In this document: positions 1-12,710 of the stretch, piece by piece
Position numbering within the stretch: the first letter of the stretch is position 1
How the letters are laid out: the number at the start of each line of letters is the position of its first letter
NCBI GenBank assembly: GCA_950097015.1
Contig: CATNEN010000025.1
Span: 2,790,001 to 2,854,000, forward strand
Direction of reading: 5' to 3'
DNA from: Macrostomum hystrix
Lineage: Eukaryota > Animalia > Platyhelminthes
DNA length: 64,000 nt
Position numbers and translations under genes: made by a program
Notes under the pieces: model-generated
What the model saw: only the letters and a program-made list of their open reading frames with translations
Database searches by the model: none
What the model was told of the DNA's origin: nothing

Positions 1-2030
1 GGAGAAAATAAGATGATGGAGAGAGAGAGAGAGAATGATAAGATGAAGGAGAGAGAATAAGATGAGAGAGAGAGAATAAGATGAGAGAGAGAATAAGATG
101 TGAGAGAGAGAATAAGATGAAGGAGAGAGAATAAGATGAGAGAGAGAGAATAAGATGAGAGAGAGAGAATAAGATGAGAGAGAGAGAATAAGATGAGAGA
201 GAGAGAATAAGATGAGAGAGAGAATGATAAGATGATGGAGGGAGAAAATAAGATGATGGAGAGAGAGAGAATGATAAGATGAGGGAGGGAGAAAATAAGA
301 TGATGGAGAGAGAGAGAATGATAAGATGAGGGAGGGAGAAAATAAGATGATGGAGAGAGAGAGAGAGAATGATAAGATGAGGGAGGGAGAAAATAAGATG
401 ATGGAGAGAGAGAGAGAATGATAAGATGAAGGAGAGAGAATAAGATGAGAGAGAGAGAATAAGATGAGAGAGGGAGAATAAGATGAGAGAGAGAGAATAA
501 GATGAGAGAGAGAGAATAAGATGAGAGAGGGAGAATAAGATGAGAGAGAGAATGATAAGATGATGGAGGGAGAAAATAAGATGATGGAGAGAGAGAGAAT
601 GATAAGATGAGGGAGGGAGAAAATAAGATGATGGAGAGAGAGAGAATGATAAGATGAGGGAGGGAGAAAATAAGATGATGGAGAGAGAGAGAGAGAATGA
701 TAAGATGAGGGAGGGAGAAAATAAGATGATGGAGAGAGAGAGAGAATGATGAGATGAGGGAGGGAGAAAATAAGATGATGGAGAGAGAGAGAGAATGATA
801 AGATGAGGGAGGGAGAAAATAAGATGATGGAGAGAGAGAGAGAATGATAAGATGAGGGAGGGAGAAAATAAGATGATGGAGAGAGAGAGAGAATGATAAG
901 ATGAGGGAGGGAGAAAATAAGATGATGGAGAGAGAGAGAGAATGATAAGATGAGGGAGGGAGAAAATAAGATGATGGAGAAAGAGAGAGAATGAGATGAG
1001 AGAGAGAATAAGATGAGAGAGAGAATGATAAGATGAGGGAGGGAGAAAATAAGATGATGGAGAAAGAGAGAGAATAAGATGAGAGAGAGAATGATAAGAT
1101 GATGGAGAGAGAGAGAATGATAAAATGAGGGAGGGAGAAAATAAGATGATGGAGAGAGAGAGAATGATAAGATGAGGGAGGGAGAAAATAAGATGATGGA
1201 GAGAGAGAGAATGATAAAATGAGGGAGGGAGAAAATAAGATGATGGAGAGAGAGAGAATGATAAAATGAGGGAGGGAGAAAATAAGATGATGGAGAGAGA
1301 GAGAGAATGATAAGATGAGAGAGGGAGAAAATAAGATGATGGAGAGAGAGAGAATGATAAAATGAGGGAGGGAGAAAATAAGATGATGGAGAGAATGATA
1401 AGATGAGAGAGAGAATGATAAGATGAGAGAGGGAGAAAATAAGATGATGGAGAGAGAGAGAATGATAAGATGATGGAGAGAGAATAAGATGATGGAGAGA
1501 AAATAAGATGATGGAGAGAGAGAATGATAAGATGAGGGAGGGAGAAAATAAGATGATGGAGAGAGAGAATGATAAGATGAGGGAGGGAGAAAATAAGATT
1601 ATGGAGAGAGAGAGAATGATAAGATGAGGGAGGGAGAAAATAAGATGATGGAGAGAGAGAGAGAATGATAAGATGAGGGAGGGAGAAAATAAGATGATGG
1701 AGAGAGAGAGAGAGAATGATAAGATGAGGGAGGGAGAAAATAAGATGATGGAGAGAGAGAGAGAATGATAAGATGAGGGAGGGAGAAAATAAGATGATGG
1801 AGAGAGAGAATAAGATGATGGAGAGAGAGAGAATGATAAGATGAGGGAAGGAGAAAATAAGATGAATGAGAAAGAGAGAGAATGATAAGATGAGGGAAGG
1901 AGAAAATAAGATGATGGAGAGAGAGAATGATAAGATGAGGGAGGGAGAAAATAAGATGATGGAGAGAGAGAATGATAAGATGAGGGAGGGAGAAAATAAG
2001 ATGATGGAGAGAGAGAGAATGATAAGATGA
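1..2030. repeat. GA-rich compound minisatellite (modules GAGAGAGAATGATAAGATGA / GGGAGGGAGAAAATAAGATGATG), runs off the window start
   Basis: Tandem modules visible directly; plus strand almost free of C. Confidence 0.95.
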
Positions 2031-2899
2031 GCCTGTTTACGGAAGACTGGTTGTTTGAAAATTGACTGGAAAGCTGAAATCTTGTCACCATGCGTTTGCG
2101 CCTCGGGTCGTCCATTGGGAGAAGCATTTCAAGTGTTTGTATCGCTGTTCTTGAGCTAGCGGGTTCCAGCGAGAGAAGAGCAGGGATTTAGCAGTTCAAT
2201 TAATAATACATTAGGATCCAGGATAGGAGCAAGCGGGTGTCGGTCTTCTTTTCAAAGAGGAAGAGCACAGGAAAAGTGAGAGATGAAGATGGAAGCGAAG
2301 AGTGCAAATGAGCCGCGAGATCAGATGCAAAGGAGTTGCCGCGCTGCATCTCATTTGTTCTAGTCGGCTGCCCGGGAGAAATTTCTGACATCAATTGAAT
2401 TGAAAGTGCTTCTGCATTTTTGAAGATGTAGCGAATAAAAAGTTTGTCTTTCGAAAACATTTTCTGTCCCAGACAGTTTAATTAAAAGATCTACAAAGGG
2501 TGCTAGCTGGGATAGTGATCGTTTGGGCATTACTTTCTACAACAACATCTAAATTGCCTAAAGCAGCAGTTAGCTTAAAGAAAAACTATCAATGGTCTAC
2601 TGGAATAGATGAGTGTTGACTTTTTTTCTCTAGCACTTTTATTAGCTGAGTTATGGCCCCTTGAGTGTTGATATCCACGGACAGAAATTGCGATTTTCAC
2701 CAGCTGCTGAAAGATAAAAGTTGAAAGCCACTAAATCTTGATATCATTTGTTTAGTTGCATTTTTAGCGAACTTGCAGCCAAATTACAACTGATAGGCGT
2801 TCTTTAGCTGAGAAGCTGTGACATAAAGAGAGAGAGGGAGAAAGACAGAAATAAAAATTCAGAAACAGAGAGCCCTTTGAGGTGAGAGAAGGTGAGAAG

Positions 2900-4106
2900 A
2901 GAAAGATAAGTGAGGAGCAAGAGAGAGTCAGATAAGTGAGGAGAAAGAGAGAGTCAGATAAGTGAGGAGAAAGAGAGAGAGGGAGATAAGGGAGGAGAAA
3001 GAGAGAGAGGCGGATAAGTGAGGAGAAAGAGAGAGAGTCAGATAAGTGAGGAGAACGAGAGAGTCAGATAAGTGAGGAGAAAGAGAGAGTCAGATTAGTG
3101 AGGAGAAAGAGAGAGAGTCAGATAAGTGAGGAGAACGAGAGAGTCAGATAAGTGAGGAGAAAGAGAGAGAGTCAGATAAGTGAGGAGAAAGAGAGAGTCA
3201 GATAAGTGAGGAGAACGAGAGAGTCAGATAAGTGAGGAGAAAGAGAGAGAGGCGGATAAGTGAGGAGAAAGAGAGAGTCAGATAAGTGAGGAGAAAGAGA
3301 GAGAGTCAGATAAGTGAGGAGAACGAGAGAGAGTCAGATAAGTGAGGAGAAAGAGAGAGTCAGATAAGTGAGGAGAAAGAGAGAGTCAGATAAGTGAGGA
3401 GAAAGAGAGAGTCAGATAAGTGAGGAGAAAGAGAGAGAGGCGGATAAGTGAGGAGAAAGAGAGAGAGGGAGATAAGTGAGGAGAAAGAGAGAGAGTCAGA
3501 TAAGTGAGGAGAAAGAGAGAGAGTCAGATAAGTGAGGAGAAAGAGAGAGAGGCGGATAAGTGAGGAGAAAGAGAGAGAGGGAGATAAGTGAGGAGAAAGA
3601 GAGAGAGTCAGATAAGTGAGGAGAACGAGAGAGTCAGATAAGTGAGGAGAAAGAGAGAGTCAGATAAGTGAGGAGAAAGAGAGAGAGGGAGATAAGTGAG
3701 GAGAAAGAGAGAGAGGGAGATAAGGGAGGAGAAATAGAGAGAGGGAGATAAGGGAGGAGAAAGAGAGAGAGGCGGATAAGTGAGGAGAACGAGAGAGAGG
3801 CGGATAAGTGAGGAGAAAGAGAGAGAGGCGGATAAGTGAGGAGAAAGAGAGAGAGGGAGATAAGTGAGGAGAAAGAGAGAGAGGGAGATAAGTGAGGAGA
3901 AAGAGAGAGAGTCAGATAAGTGAGGAGAAAGAGAGAGAGTCAGATAAGTGAGGAGAACGAGAGAGTCAGATAAGTGAGGAGAAAGAGAGAGAGGGAGATA
4001 AGGGAGGAGAAAGAGAGAGAGGCGGATAAGTGAGGAGAAAGAGAGAGAGGGAGATAAGTGAGGAGAAAGAGAGAGAGGCGGATAAGTGAGGAGAAAGAGA
4101 GAGAGG
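2900..4106. repeat. ~28-30 bp minisatellite (GAGAGAGTCAGATAAGTGAGGAGAAA)
   Basis: Direct tandem copies with variable GA run length. Confidence 0.95.
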
Positions 4107-4624
4107 GAGGTGAAAGGGAGTGAGCGGGAGTTGGAGCAGGAGAAAGAGATAAAGGCAGGGTGAGTACAGGTGAAAACAGCACGGGGCAGCAACTTCCGCT
4201 GAGCAAATGTTGTTAATACGAGATCTGCGCTAAAAATAGAACACAGATGCTTTGCCACAGTTCCGCTGCAGGAATTTTATAGAAGATTGTCGTCAGTCTT
4301 CAACAGTTGTCATCGTCTGCAGTCGCATCCTGTTAGGTGCCTAATTTCTCCCCATTTCTCCCCAATTGCGAAGTCTAAAGCCTCAGAATCTGCTGTCTTA
4401 CTAAGGCCAAACTAAAAGAAGAAGGAGATAGAAAGGCAAGCAACTTATCCTCATTGATGGAACTTTGTGAGCTAAGGAGGTTTCAGCTGTTTGAGTTTAT
4501 CATAGTCTAAACTAAATTGTTTATCATCACATGCTTGCCGCCTAATGCATGAATTAACGATCATTATGTTTGATGTTGGTTCTGAGAGCAACTGAAAGTA
4601 TCTTCCTCTCTCCCTTCTTCTCTC

Positions 4625-4971
4625 ACTCTTACTGTCTCCTCTTACTGTCCCTCTTACTGTCCCTCTTACTGTCCCTCTTACTGTCTCCTCTTACTGTCCC
4701 TCTTACTGTCTCCTCTTACTGTCTCCTCTTACTGTCCCTCTTACTGTCCCTCTTACTGTCCCTCTTACTGTCTCCTCTTACTGTCCCTCTTACTGTCTCC
4801 TCTTACTGTCCCTCTTACTGTCTCCTCTTACTGTCTCCTCTTACTGTCCCTCTTACTGTCTCTCTTACTGTCCCTCTTACTGTCTCCTCTTACTGTCCCT
4901 CTTACTGTCTCCTCTTACTGTCTCCTCTTACTGTCCCTCTTACTGTCCCTCTTACTGTCCCTCTTACTGTC
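4625..4971. repeat. 12-13 bp minisatellite (CTCTTACTGTCC/CTCTTACTGTCTC)
   Basis: Direct tandem copies. Confidence 0.93.
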
Positions 4972-4984
4972 TCGCTCTTCCCTT

Positions 4985-5520
4985 CTTTGGCTTCCTTTCC
5001 CTCTCACTGCCTTTCCCCCTCTCCCTTTCCCCCCTCTCTCCCTTTCCCGCTCTCTCCCTTTCCCGCTCTCTCCCTTTCCCGCTCTCTCCCTTTCCCGCTC
5101 TCTCCCTTTCCCTTTCTCTCCCTTTCCCTCTCTCTCCCTTTCCCGCTCTCTCCCTTTCCCGCTCTCTCCCTTTCCCGCTCTCTCCCTTTCCCTCTCTCTC
5201 CCTTTCCCTCTCTCTCCCTTTCCCGCTCTCTCCCTTTCCCGCTCTCTCCCTTTCCCGCTCTCTCCCTTTCCCTCTCTCTCCCTTTCCCGCTCTCTCCCTT
5301 TCCCTCTCTCTCCCTTTCCCCCTCTTTCCCCTTCCCCCTCTCTCCCTTTCCCCCTCTCTCCCTTTCCCCCTCTCTCCCTTTCCCCCTCTCTCCCTTTCCC
5401 CCTCTCTCCCTTTCCCCCTCTCTCCCTTCCCCCCTCTCTTCCTTTCACCCTCTCTCCCTTTTCCTCTCTCTCCCTTCTTACTACCCTTTTCCTCTCTCAC
5501 TCTCCCTCTGCATCCCTCTT
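4985..5520. repeat. CT-rich ~16 bp minisatellite (CTCTCTCCCTTTCCCG)
   Basis: Direct tandem copies; accounts for ORFs 4570..5574, 4915..5448 and 4964..5500. Confidence 0.93.
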
Positions 5521-6191
5521 TCTCTCACCTTTTTTCCTCTTCTTTCTGATCCTTATTATCCATTTTCTCCTTAAAAGTATCCAGACAGCTGAATTTGAGC
5601 CTCTTCTTACCTTCAAATTGGTATTATCCACTGCTGGGAACTAGATCCCAGCTTATGTCTATATTGAGCTGTAGCTCAACAGGGATTATATCGGGGCAGA
5701 CACTGCAGGACAGTCTGAAGCCTGTGCTATTATCATCTGAACCAAGAGCTAGCCAGAATGCACTGCTTGGCAAGAATATCTGGACATGCTGAAGAATTAT
5801 TAATTTACAATGAAACTTAAGCTAAAATACATTCTTTTTTGTCCATTGGAAGGGAATTAAAACTACCGTTTAGAGCTTGACACCCTAAATAAAAATTAAG
5901 TGCAGCAAAAAACACGACAGCGTACCTACTATACCTACCCTGTCTACCCCGCCTACCTTGACCACCCAAATCCACCCTGCCTACTTTTCTACCTTGCCGA
6001 TCCTCTCTACCCTGCCTAGCCTACCCTATCTACCCTGCCTACCCTACCATATCTACCCTGCCTACTTTGTCTACCTTGCCGACCCTGCTACAATGCCTAC
6101 TCTAGCTAGCACAATTTGCACTGCCCAGCCTGCTCATCACTCACCTGTCTCACAGGTCCCCAGGCCACCCTGAAAATCTGCCATCACTCAC

Positions 6192-6584
6192 CTGTCTCAC
6201 AGGTCCCCAGGCCACCCTGCCGGCGCAGTCAGAGCAGGCAACCTGGCGGCACCTGTGGCACCGGTTGCTAGACACCGGTTGCTCGTCAGCGATTCCCACA
6301 GCCGTCGAAATCCTCCGATGACACACGTGGCAGGTGTCGGCTGTCGCTACAGACTTTACGCCGGCCAACTCGGCCGCGTTGGTTTCAGCGGGTCGTTGGT
6401 TCGAATTCTCGTCGGCAGCCGCGGCGGCCAGACTGTTGGGCTCCGTAGAGCTCTTCTGCACCCGAGTACTAATCTCATCTTGCAGGCCGCGAATCGCACT
6501 ATTAGCCTGATTGGACACCTGGTCTCCAACCTGCTTAGCCTGGGTTGACACCCAGTCCAACACTTTGCCGAAGCCGAAGTTCAT
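6192..6584 (-). CDS. First coding exon of a protein with a RIM/rabphilin/piccolo-type (FYVE-like) zinc finger
   Basis: ATG at 6584; CHVC...CHRC-x4-CSDC cysteine pattern; CAG|GTGAGT donor at 6191 (phase 0, 131 codons). Downstream exons not resolved. Confidence 0.6.
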
Positions 6585-6901
6585 GACACACAGTCTATCT
6601 TCTGCCTGTCTCTGTTTTTCTCTTTCGACTCTGTCACGCTTTTCAACTGAACTACATCCGGTCAGCTAGGACCGAGCCGAGAACTGTTTTGAGCGCTGTT
6701 TGAGCTGAACTAATAAAATACACTCCCACTTCCGTTATGCGTAGTCTAGTTGCGCATTTGAATTAAACTGAATTAAAAATCCCAGCTTGATAAAAACGCG
6801 CCTCTATAAAAACTGTAGTTTGGGAGTGGCTGCTGGGGGAAGAGGGGATTGGGGCGGCGGGTCGGAGAGAGAGAGGGAAAGTGATGCTGGCAAAGTTTTT
6901 A

Positions 6902-6939
<38 letters not shown>
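6902..6939. repeat. (GCT)n trinucleotide microsatellite
   Basis: About 12 uninterrupted GCT units. Confidence 0.95.
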
Positions 6940-6940
<1 letters not shown>

Positions 6941-7339
6941 GCCTTGTTTGGTAGAGGAAGCGGCTGGACCCAAGCTGCTCCGAGTATTTGGTTGGGAAGG
7001 ACTTTGGTTGGGCCATGTTTAGCATATAGGTCCTCCCAACCCCGAACCAACCGCCCATCGCTGAAAAGTCCCCAATATTTCTCCCTCACTCTCACTCTCT
7101 CATTGGAGACCCACCTCAGGCATCAGCATCTGTGTGTGCGTGTGTGTGTGTGTGTGGGCCAGCCCCAAGGGACAGCTGAACTCAAATAATATCTGCTGGG
7201 GAAGCAAGGGCACACACGCACACGAAATAGATAGCCGAGGACAATTTCGAAGAAAGGGGCGCTCGTTTATAGCCTTAAAGATTGGTCAGATAATTCTCAT
7301 ATTTGCCTGCTTCATGTCCGAAAAACGATAGAATAAATG

Positions 7340-8060
7340 GGAGAAATATGGGAGAAAGGGGAAGATGGGAGAATGGGGAAGATGGGAGAATGGGGAAGAT
7401 GGGAGAAAGGGGAAGATGGGAGAAAGGGGAAGATGGGAGAAAGGGGAAGATGGGAGAAAGGGCAAGATGGGGGAATGGGGAAGATGGGAGAAAGGGGAAG
7501 ATGGGAGAAAGGGGAAGATGGGAGAAAGGGCAAGATGGGAGAAAGGGGAAGATGGGAGAAAGGGGAAGATGGGAGAAAGGGCAAGATGGGAGAAAGGGCA
7601 AGATGCGAGAATGGGGAAGATGGGAGAAAGGGGAAGATGGGAGAAAGGGCAAGATGGGGGAATGGGGAAGATGCGAGAAAGGGGAAGATGGGAGAAAGGG
7701 GAAGATGGGAGAAAGGGCAAGATGCGAGAATGGGGAAGATGGGAGAAAGGGCAAGATGGGAGAATGGGGAAGATGGGAGAAAGGGGAAGATGGGAGAATG
7801 GGGAAGATGGGAGAAAGGGCAAGATGGGAGAAAGGGGGAGATGGGAGAATGGGGAAGATGGGAGAAAGGGCAAGATGGGAGAAAGGGGGAGATGGGAGAA
7901 TGGGGAAGATGGGAGAAAGGGGGAGATGGGAGAAAGGGGAAGATGGGAGAAAGGGCAAGATGGGGGAATGGGGAAGATGGGAGAAAGGGCAAGATGGGAG
8001 AAAGGGCAAGATGGGAGAATAGGGAAAGGTGGAGATGGGGAAAGGGGGAGACGGGGGAAG
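7340..8060. repeat. ~18 bp purine-rich minisatellite (GATGGGAGAAAGGGCAA and variants)
   Basis: Direct tandem copies; accounts for the overlapping ORFs in all frames. Confidence 0.95.
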
Positions 8061-8794
8061 GGGAGATGGGAGAAAGGGTGAGATCGGAGAAAGAGGATAA
8101 ATAGAAGAAAATGGCGAATGGGGAGAAAGAGAGAAATGGAAGAATGGGAAAATGGGAGAGCTGGGGATAACAGGAGTAAAATATGAAATGGGAGGAAGGG
8201 AATATATTTATCTCAAACCTAGAGGGAAAGTGGATAAAAGCGATCGAAAGAGAATGGAAGAAGATGAGTGAAGCATTCCGCCGTCAGTACCGCGGCTGTT
8301 GACTCCCCAGTCACGTGCCTAACTCGACGCATCTGACAGCTCGAGGACGGCCAGCCGTCAGTAAGAAGTGAGAATTGCGCTGAAGCAAGGGGTAGACAAA
8401 CGAGTTGTCCTACAATTATCTCGATCTGCTCAAAAATGCATCTCACAGTCCAACGTCCCAGTCCGGAGCTAGTCGGCGGAAACGCACGCAGTTGTGGAGC
8501 AGTTAACCGCAATGTTAGTCTTTGGAATGAATGAGACTGCTCAGATATTCGGCATTACTCATGCCAGAGACAAACAGTTTGCACAAGCTCAGCTTGAGAA
8601 ACCTGCTATTACAAAATTGATGGATGCCTGCGTGAATGTGGTACACACTTTCCACCTCCTATAAACTTGCCCAGTGCGCCGTTAGAGCTTTCTGATCGAG
8701 CTCTCGGTAGTTCGAGTCTCAGCCCAGAGAAAAATTTCTGTCCTATGAGCAAGACTTCTCATACCCAGTCCATGGACTGCAAAGCATTTAGAAA

Positions 8795-8982
8795 TTTGTG
8801 TCAGATATTACCCATTCTCACTAGGGTCATTTGTGTCTGTTATTACTCGTTCTCACTAGGGTCATTTGTGTCAGACATTACTCATTCTCACTAGGGTCAT
8901 TTGTGTCTGATATTACCCATTCTCACTAGGGTCATTTGTGTCAGACATTACTCATTCTCACTAGGGTCATTTGTGTCAGTTG
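8795..8982. repeat. 35 bp minisatellite, ~5 copies (CATTCTCACTAGGGTCATTTGTGTC...)
   Basis: Direct tandem copies. Confidence 0.9.
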
Positions 8983-10074
8983 TTACATTGCCTTATCCCA
9001 TAGCATTTGGAGCAATGATTACTCCCTGTTTTATCCTGTCTTTAACGCAATATTTTCCCAGTTATCTGTCTAGGATTGCAGTGAAACCGCATAGGAACAA
9101 GCATATTTAAAGGCATAATTGCAGCAATCAAGCTACTGGTATCCAATCATTTCCTCAGTCTGCAACAGTTCTAAAAAATGAAATTTACCCTCCCCCCAGA
9201 TCGGAAGCGGCCTCTGAAAAGCTGATGGCGCTCGTTTTAGTCAATAATTGCGAAAACTGCATCATCGGTTCGACGGTCGTTGCGACTTGACAGCCACCGA
9301 ACTGACACTGTGCATTCGACCAGCCCCTTGGGAGTGTTCTAAAACAACTATCTCGAATTTGGATGTGGGAAACGGGTCCACATCCACTCCCTATATCTCC
9401 CATCTCGCACCAAATCGAATCCCGATATATATTTACTGGTGCTAAAGTACTCTGCTAACAATTTCATCTTCAAAGTTAAGTTTAGGAATTCAAAAGACAA
9501 ACTGAGATACATGAATACACGAAACTAAGGTATTGCATTAAATTTTCCTCTCAGTCAGTTCGAAGACGCGCAGGCGGACTGAAACCGCAAGTTTATTTGG
9601 CAGCTATCCAGTAACTATGGCAACGCAATCTTGCTCCACTTATTCTAAGTGTCTGGTGAGATTTGGCCGGCTGTGAAGTGTTTGTTGGGGGGTTGAGGCC
9701 TTAGAAATCCTGCCCCTGGCAGCATATCTTTTTCTTCTATTTTGCCGGCCTGCAATGGCGTGCTCATCTATACCCTGGCAGGCAATAAATCACTGAGCCT
9801 AAGTCCTTGCCCAAGGGTGAGCGGTTTGAGCACAAGATAGTTAAGCGGGGGATGTGAGCACTATTTGCAGTCTCATTATTTAGAAGATATGCGCTTCGCG
9901 GAGTATAGACTTCACGGTCCACTGTCCCAGATCAAAAATGCTGAACCAGCGTGCATTGTACTTTTACTAATTGTACTTTTACTAATTGTACTTTTACTAA
10001 TTGAAAACAGACCAGCCGATTCCTGGCATATTGTCTTTCAAGACTCAAGACTGATCCTCCAGAATACTAAAGCC

Positions 10075-10270
10075 TGCTGAAGGTCTAGAATCCTCAGTCT
10101 GCTGAAGGTCTAGAATCCTCAGTCTGCTGAAGGTCTAGAATCCCCAGTCTGCTGAAGGTCTAGAGTCCTCAGTCTATTGAAGGTCTGGAATCCCCAGTCT
10201 GCTGAAGGTCTAGAATCCTCAGTCTATTGAAGGTCTAGAATCCCCAGTCTGCTGAAGGTCTAGAAGCTTC
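10075..10270. repeat. 25 bp minisatellite (GCTGAAGGTCTAGAATCCTCAGTCT)
   Basis: About 8 tandem copies. Confidence 0.92.
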
Positions 10271-10599
10271 AGCCAAGCAATAAAATAATTGGTTCGAGCC
10301 TCTCATTGTCAGTTTTATTGCCCACAGTTACTCGCAGATTTAAAGCTGAGCTTAGTGAAGCATTAACCACGCGATTATTCCAGCCGATTAGTAAAGAATT
10401 TTTTTTCCATAAAACTTAACTAGTCCTTCATTAAGTCGATATTTTCGTCAGTTAAAATTATACTAGGTTCATAAAATAAACAAAAAAATCAATAGTAATA
10501 AAATTCGCAACCCAGACTTGTTCGTACAGCGCGAACTACGGAATATATTCAAGGATAAAACATGAGTACAAATGAATAACTCTAATATTGAGAATCGAT

Positions 10600-11000
10600 A
10601 ACTGAAGGCTGAAGGCTGGTACCTGAAGGCAAGTACATGAAGGCTGTTATCTGATTGCTGCTACCTGAAGGCTGTTATCTGATTGCTGGTACCTGAAGGC
10701 TGTTATCTGATTGCTGCTACCTGAAGGCTGTTATCTGATTGCTGGTACCTGAAGGCTGTTATCTGATTGCTGGTACCTGAAGGCTGTTATCTGATTGCTG
10801 CTACCTGAAGGCTGTTATCTGATTGCTGGTAACTGAAGGCTGTTATCTGATTGCTGGTAACTAAAGGCTGTTGTCTGATTGCTGCTACCTGAAGGCTGTT
10901 ATCTGATTGCTGGTAACTGAAGGCTGTTATCTGATTGCTGGTACATGAAGGATGTTACCTGAATACTGTTATCCATTAGCTGGTACCTGAAGTTCGGCAG
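10600..11000. repeat. 28 bp minisatellite (ACCTGAAGGCTGTTATCTGATTGCTGGT)
   Basis: About 13 tandem copies. Confidence 0.92.
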
Positions 11001-11634
11001 CTGAATATCGGCACATCAAGAATCAACACCTGAAGGCCGGTAGCTGAAGATCTGAGAAGTAAAATTGAAATTGAAAATAAAACAAATGTAATGAAAATGG
11101 TATTCAACTACGTTTACGGTAGAAAATGAAATAAAGTCTGAAAATTATAATTCAAGCTGAAATGGCAGAAATGTTGATAAATATTGCGAATCAAATTTGT
11201 GTCAGAAAGGTTCCATAAATAGAAACAGAGTATATATGCACGTGGTTCGTTTAAAGCCATGATAGTCAATTATCACAAAAAGAAAGATATTTGCGAGTCA
11301 ATTTCTAAGTTGATATTTTAATCGGATAAAGTGTAATGATACAAAATGTATACCTAAATTGGGAAAGTGATTATAAGTGATAAAAATAGTTCACGATTCT
11401 GGAAAAAAATACAAAGCTAACACGCAAAAGAGTAAATAAAACTAAAAAAAAAACTAGCACAAAAATAGAGTGAAATCAATGATTGGCACAACTGTGCATT
11501 ACTTGGCCTCAATTTTGTGTAAATGGAAATCAGGAAACTTATCAAGCACTTTTAATGCCGTCGGTACTGGTTCCCGATGTAGCGAATCCTAGGGAAATCC
11601 TTGATTATCAATAATTAGTCAAGGCAAATCTACT

Positions 11635-12195
11635 TGCCAAGCTCCTCATTAGTCGATGGGAATTCCCAGTTGCTAAGCTCCTCATTAGTCCATGGGAATT
11701 CCCAGTTGCTAAGCTTCTCGTTAGTTAATGGGAATTCCCAGTTGCTAAGCTCCTCGTTAGTCGATGGGAATTCCCAGTTGCTAAGCTGCTCGTTAGTCAA
11801 TGGGAATTCCTAGTTGCTAAGATTATCGTTAGTCAATGGGAATTCCCAGTTGCTAAGCTTCTCCTTAGTCAATGGGAATTCCCAGTTGCTAAGCTTTTCG
11901 TTAGTCAATGGGAATTCCCAGTTGCTAAGCTCCTCGTTAGTCGATGGGAATTCCCAGTTGCTAAGCTCCCCATTAGTCAATGGCAATTCCCAGTTGCTAA
12001 GATTATCGTTAGTCAATGGGAATTCCCAGTTGCTAAGCTTCTCCTTAGTCAATGGGAATTCCCAGTTGCTAAGCTGCTCGTTAGTCAATGGGAATTCCCA
12101 GTTGCTCAGCTATTAGTCAATAGGAATTCCCAGCTGCTAAGCTATTAGTCAATAGGAATTCCCAGCTGCTAAGCTATTAGTCAATGGGAATTTCC
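11635..12195. repeat. 36 bp minisatellite carrying the palindrome TGGGAATTCCCA
   Basis: About 16 tandem copies; 12-aa periodicity in the ORF track. Confidence 0.93.
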
Positions 12196-12584
12196 ACTCG
12201 GTAAGTCACTCAGCAGTGGAAAGAAAAAATATTTATTTATCAATGCTACAAGGAGAATAGCAAATTGTTGTAAAAGTATTTCGATGAATTATCTTCTTTT
12301 GGACAATTACTTTACTATTCCATGAGGCATCAACCACAAACAACTGCCTCAGATATGCACAAAAATCAGTTCGGAAAACACGAATCTGCTGTTCTGCAGG
12401 AATCAAAATGATTCGGTTGCTTCGAGGGTAGTTTTTCGACATCCCGGAAGCGGAAAATTTTCGATCTGGTCGAGGATAGATCTCGTACACTGTACGTTTG
12501 TACAACACGAACTCTGTTCAAATTTAAATTAAAAATAGTTCTAATCTATGTAGACAAACAGTCTGCTCACTGCCTGTAGCACAC

Positions 12585-12705
12585 TGTCTAACACCCTGTC
12601 TAACACCCTGTCTAACACACCGTCTAACACCCTGTCTAACACCCTGTCTAACACCCTGTCTAACACCCTGTCTAACAACCTGTCTAACACCCTGTCTAGC
12701 ACACA
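12585..12705. repeat. 12 bp minisatellite (CTAACACCCTGT)
   Basis: Direct tandem copies just 3' of the acyl-CoA synthetase stop codon. Confidence 0.9.
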
Positions 12706-12710
12706 GTCTG

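Noticed and set aside
1-2030. Telomeric or subtelomeric repeat
   Set aside because: No TTAGGG-type unit; an ordinary compound GA-rich minisatellite.
2031-2460. Possible downstream exons of the zinc-finger gene (also 4170-4340)
   Set aside because: Unique sequence between arrays with some open frames, but no recognisable motif and no consistent splice phases established.
6881-7189. Poly-Ala ORF resembling a secreted protein, divergent from the zinc-finger gene
   Set aside because: The hydrophobic stretch comes from a (GCT)n microsatellite; no homology or linkable exons found.
3608-8104. Leu/Ser, Arg/Glu/Gly and Pro/Phe low-complexity ORFs
   Set aside because: Translations of GA/CT-rich minisatellites.
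8795-8982. CRISPR-like array (also 38258-38485)
   Set aside because: No unique spacers, no cas genes, eukaryotic context; simple tandem repeats.
8219-9445. Short ORFs in GC-richer unique sequence
   Set aside because: No recognisable domain or consistent exon chain; left unannotated.
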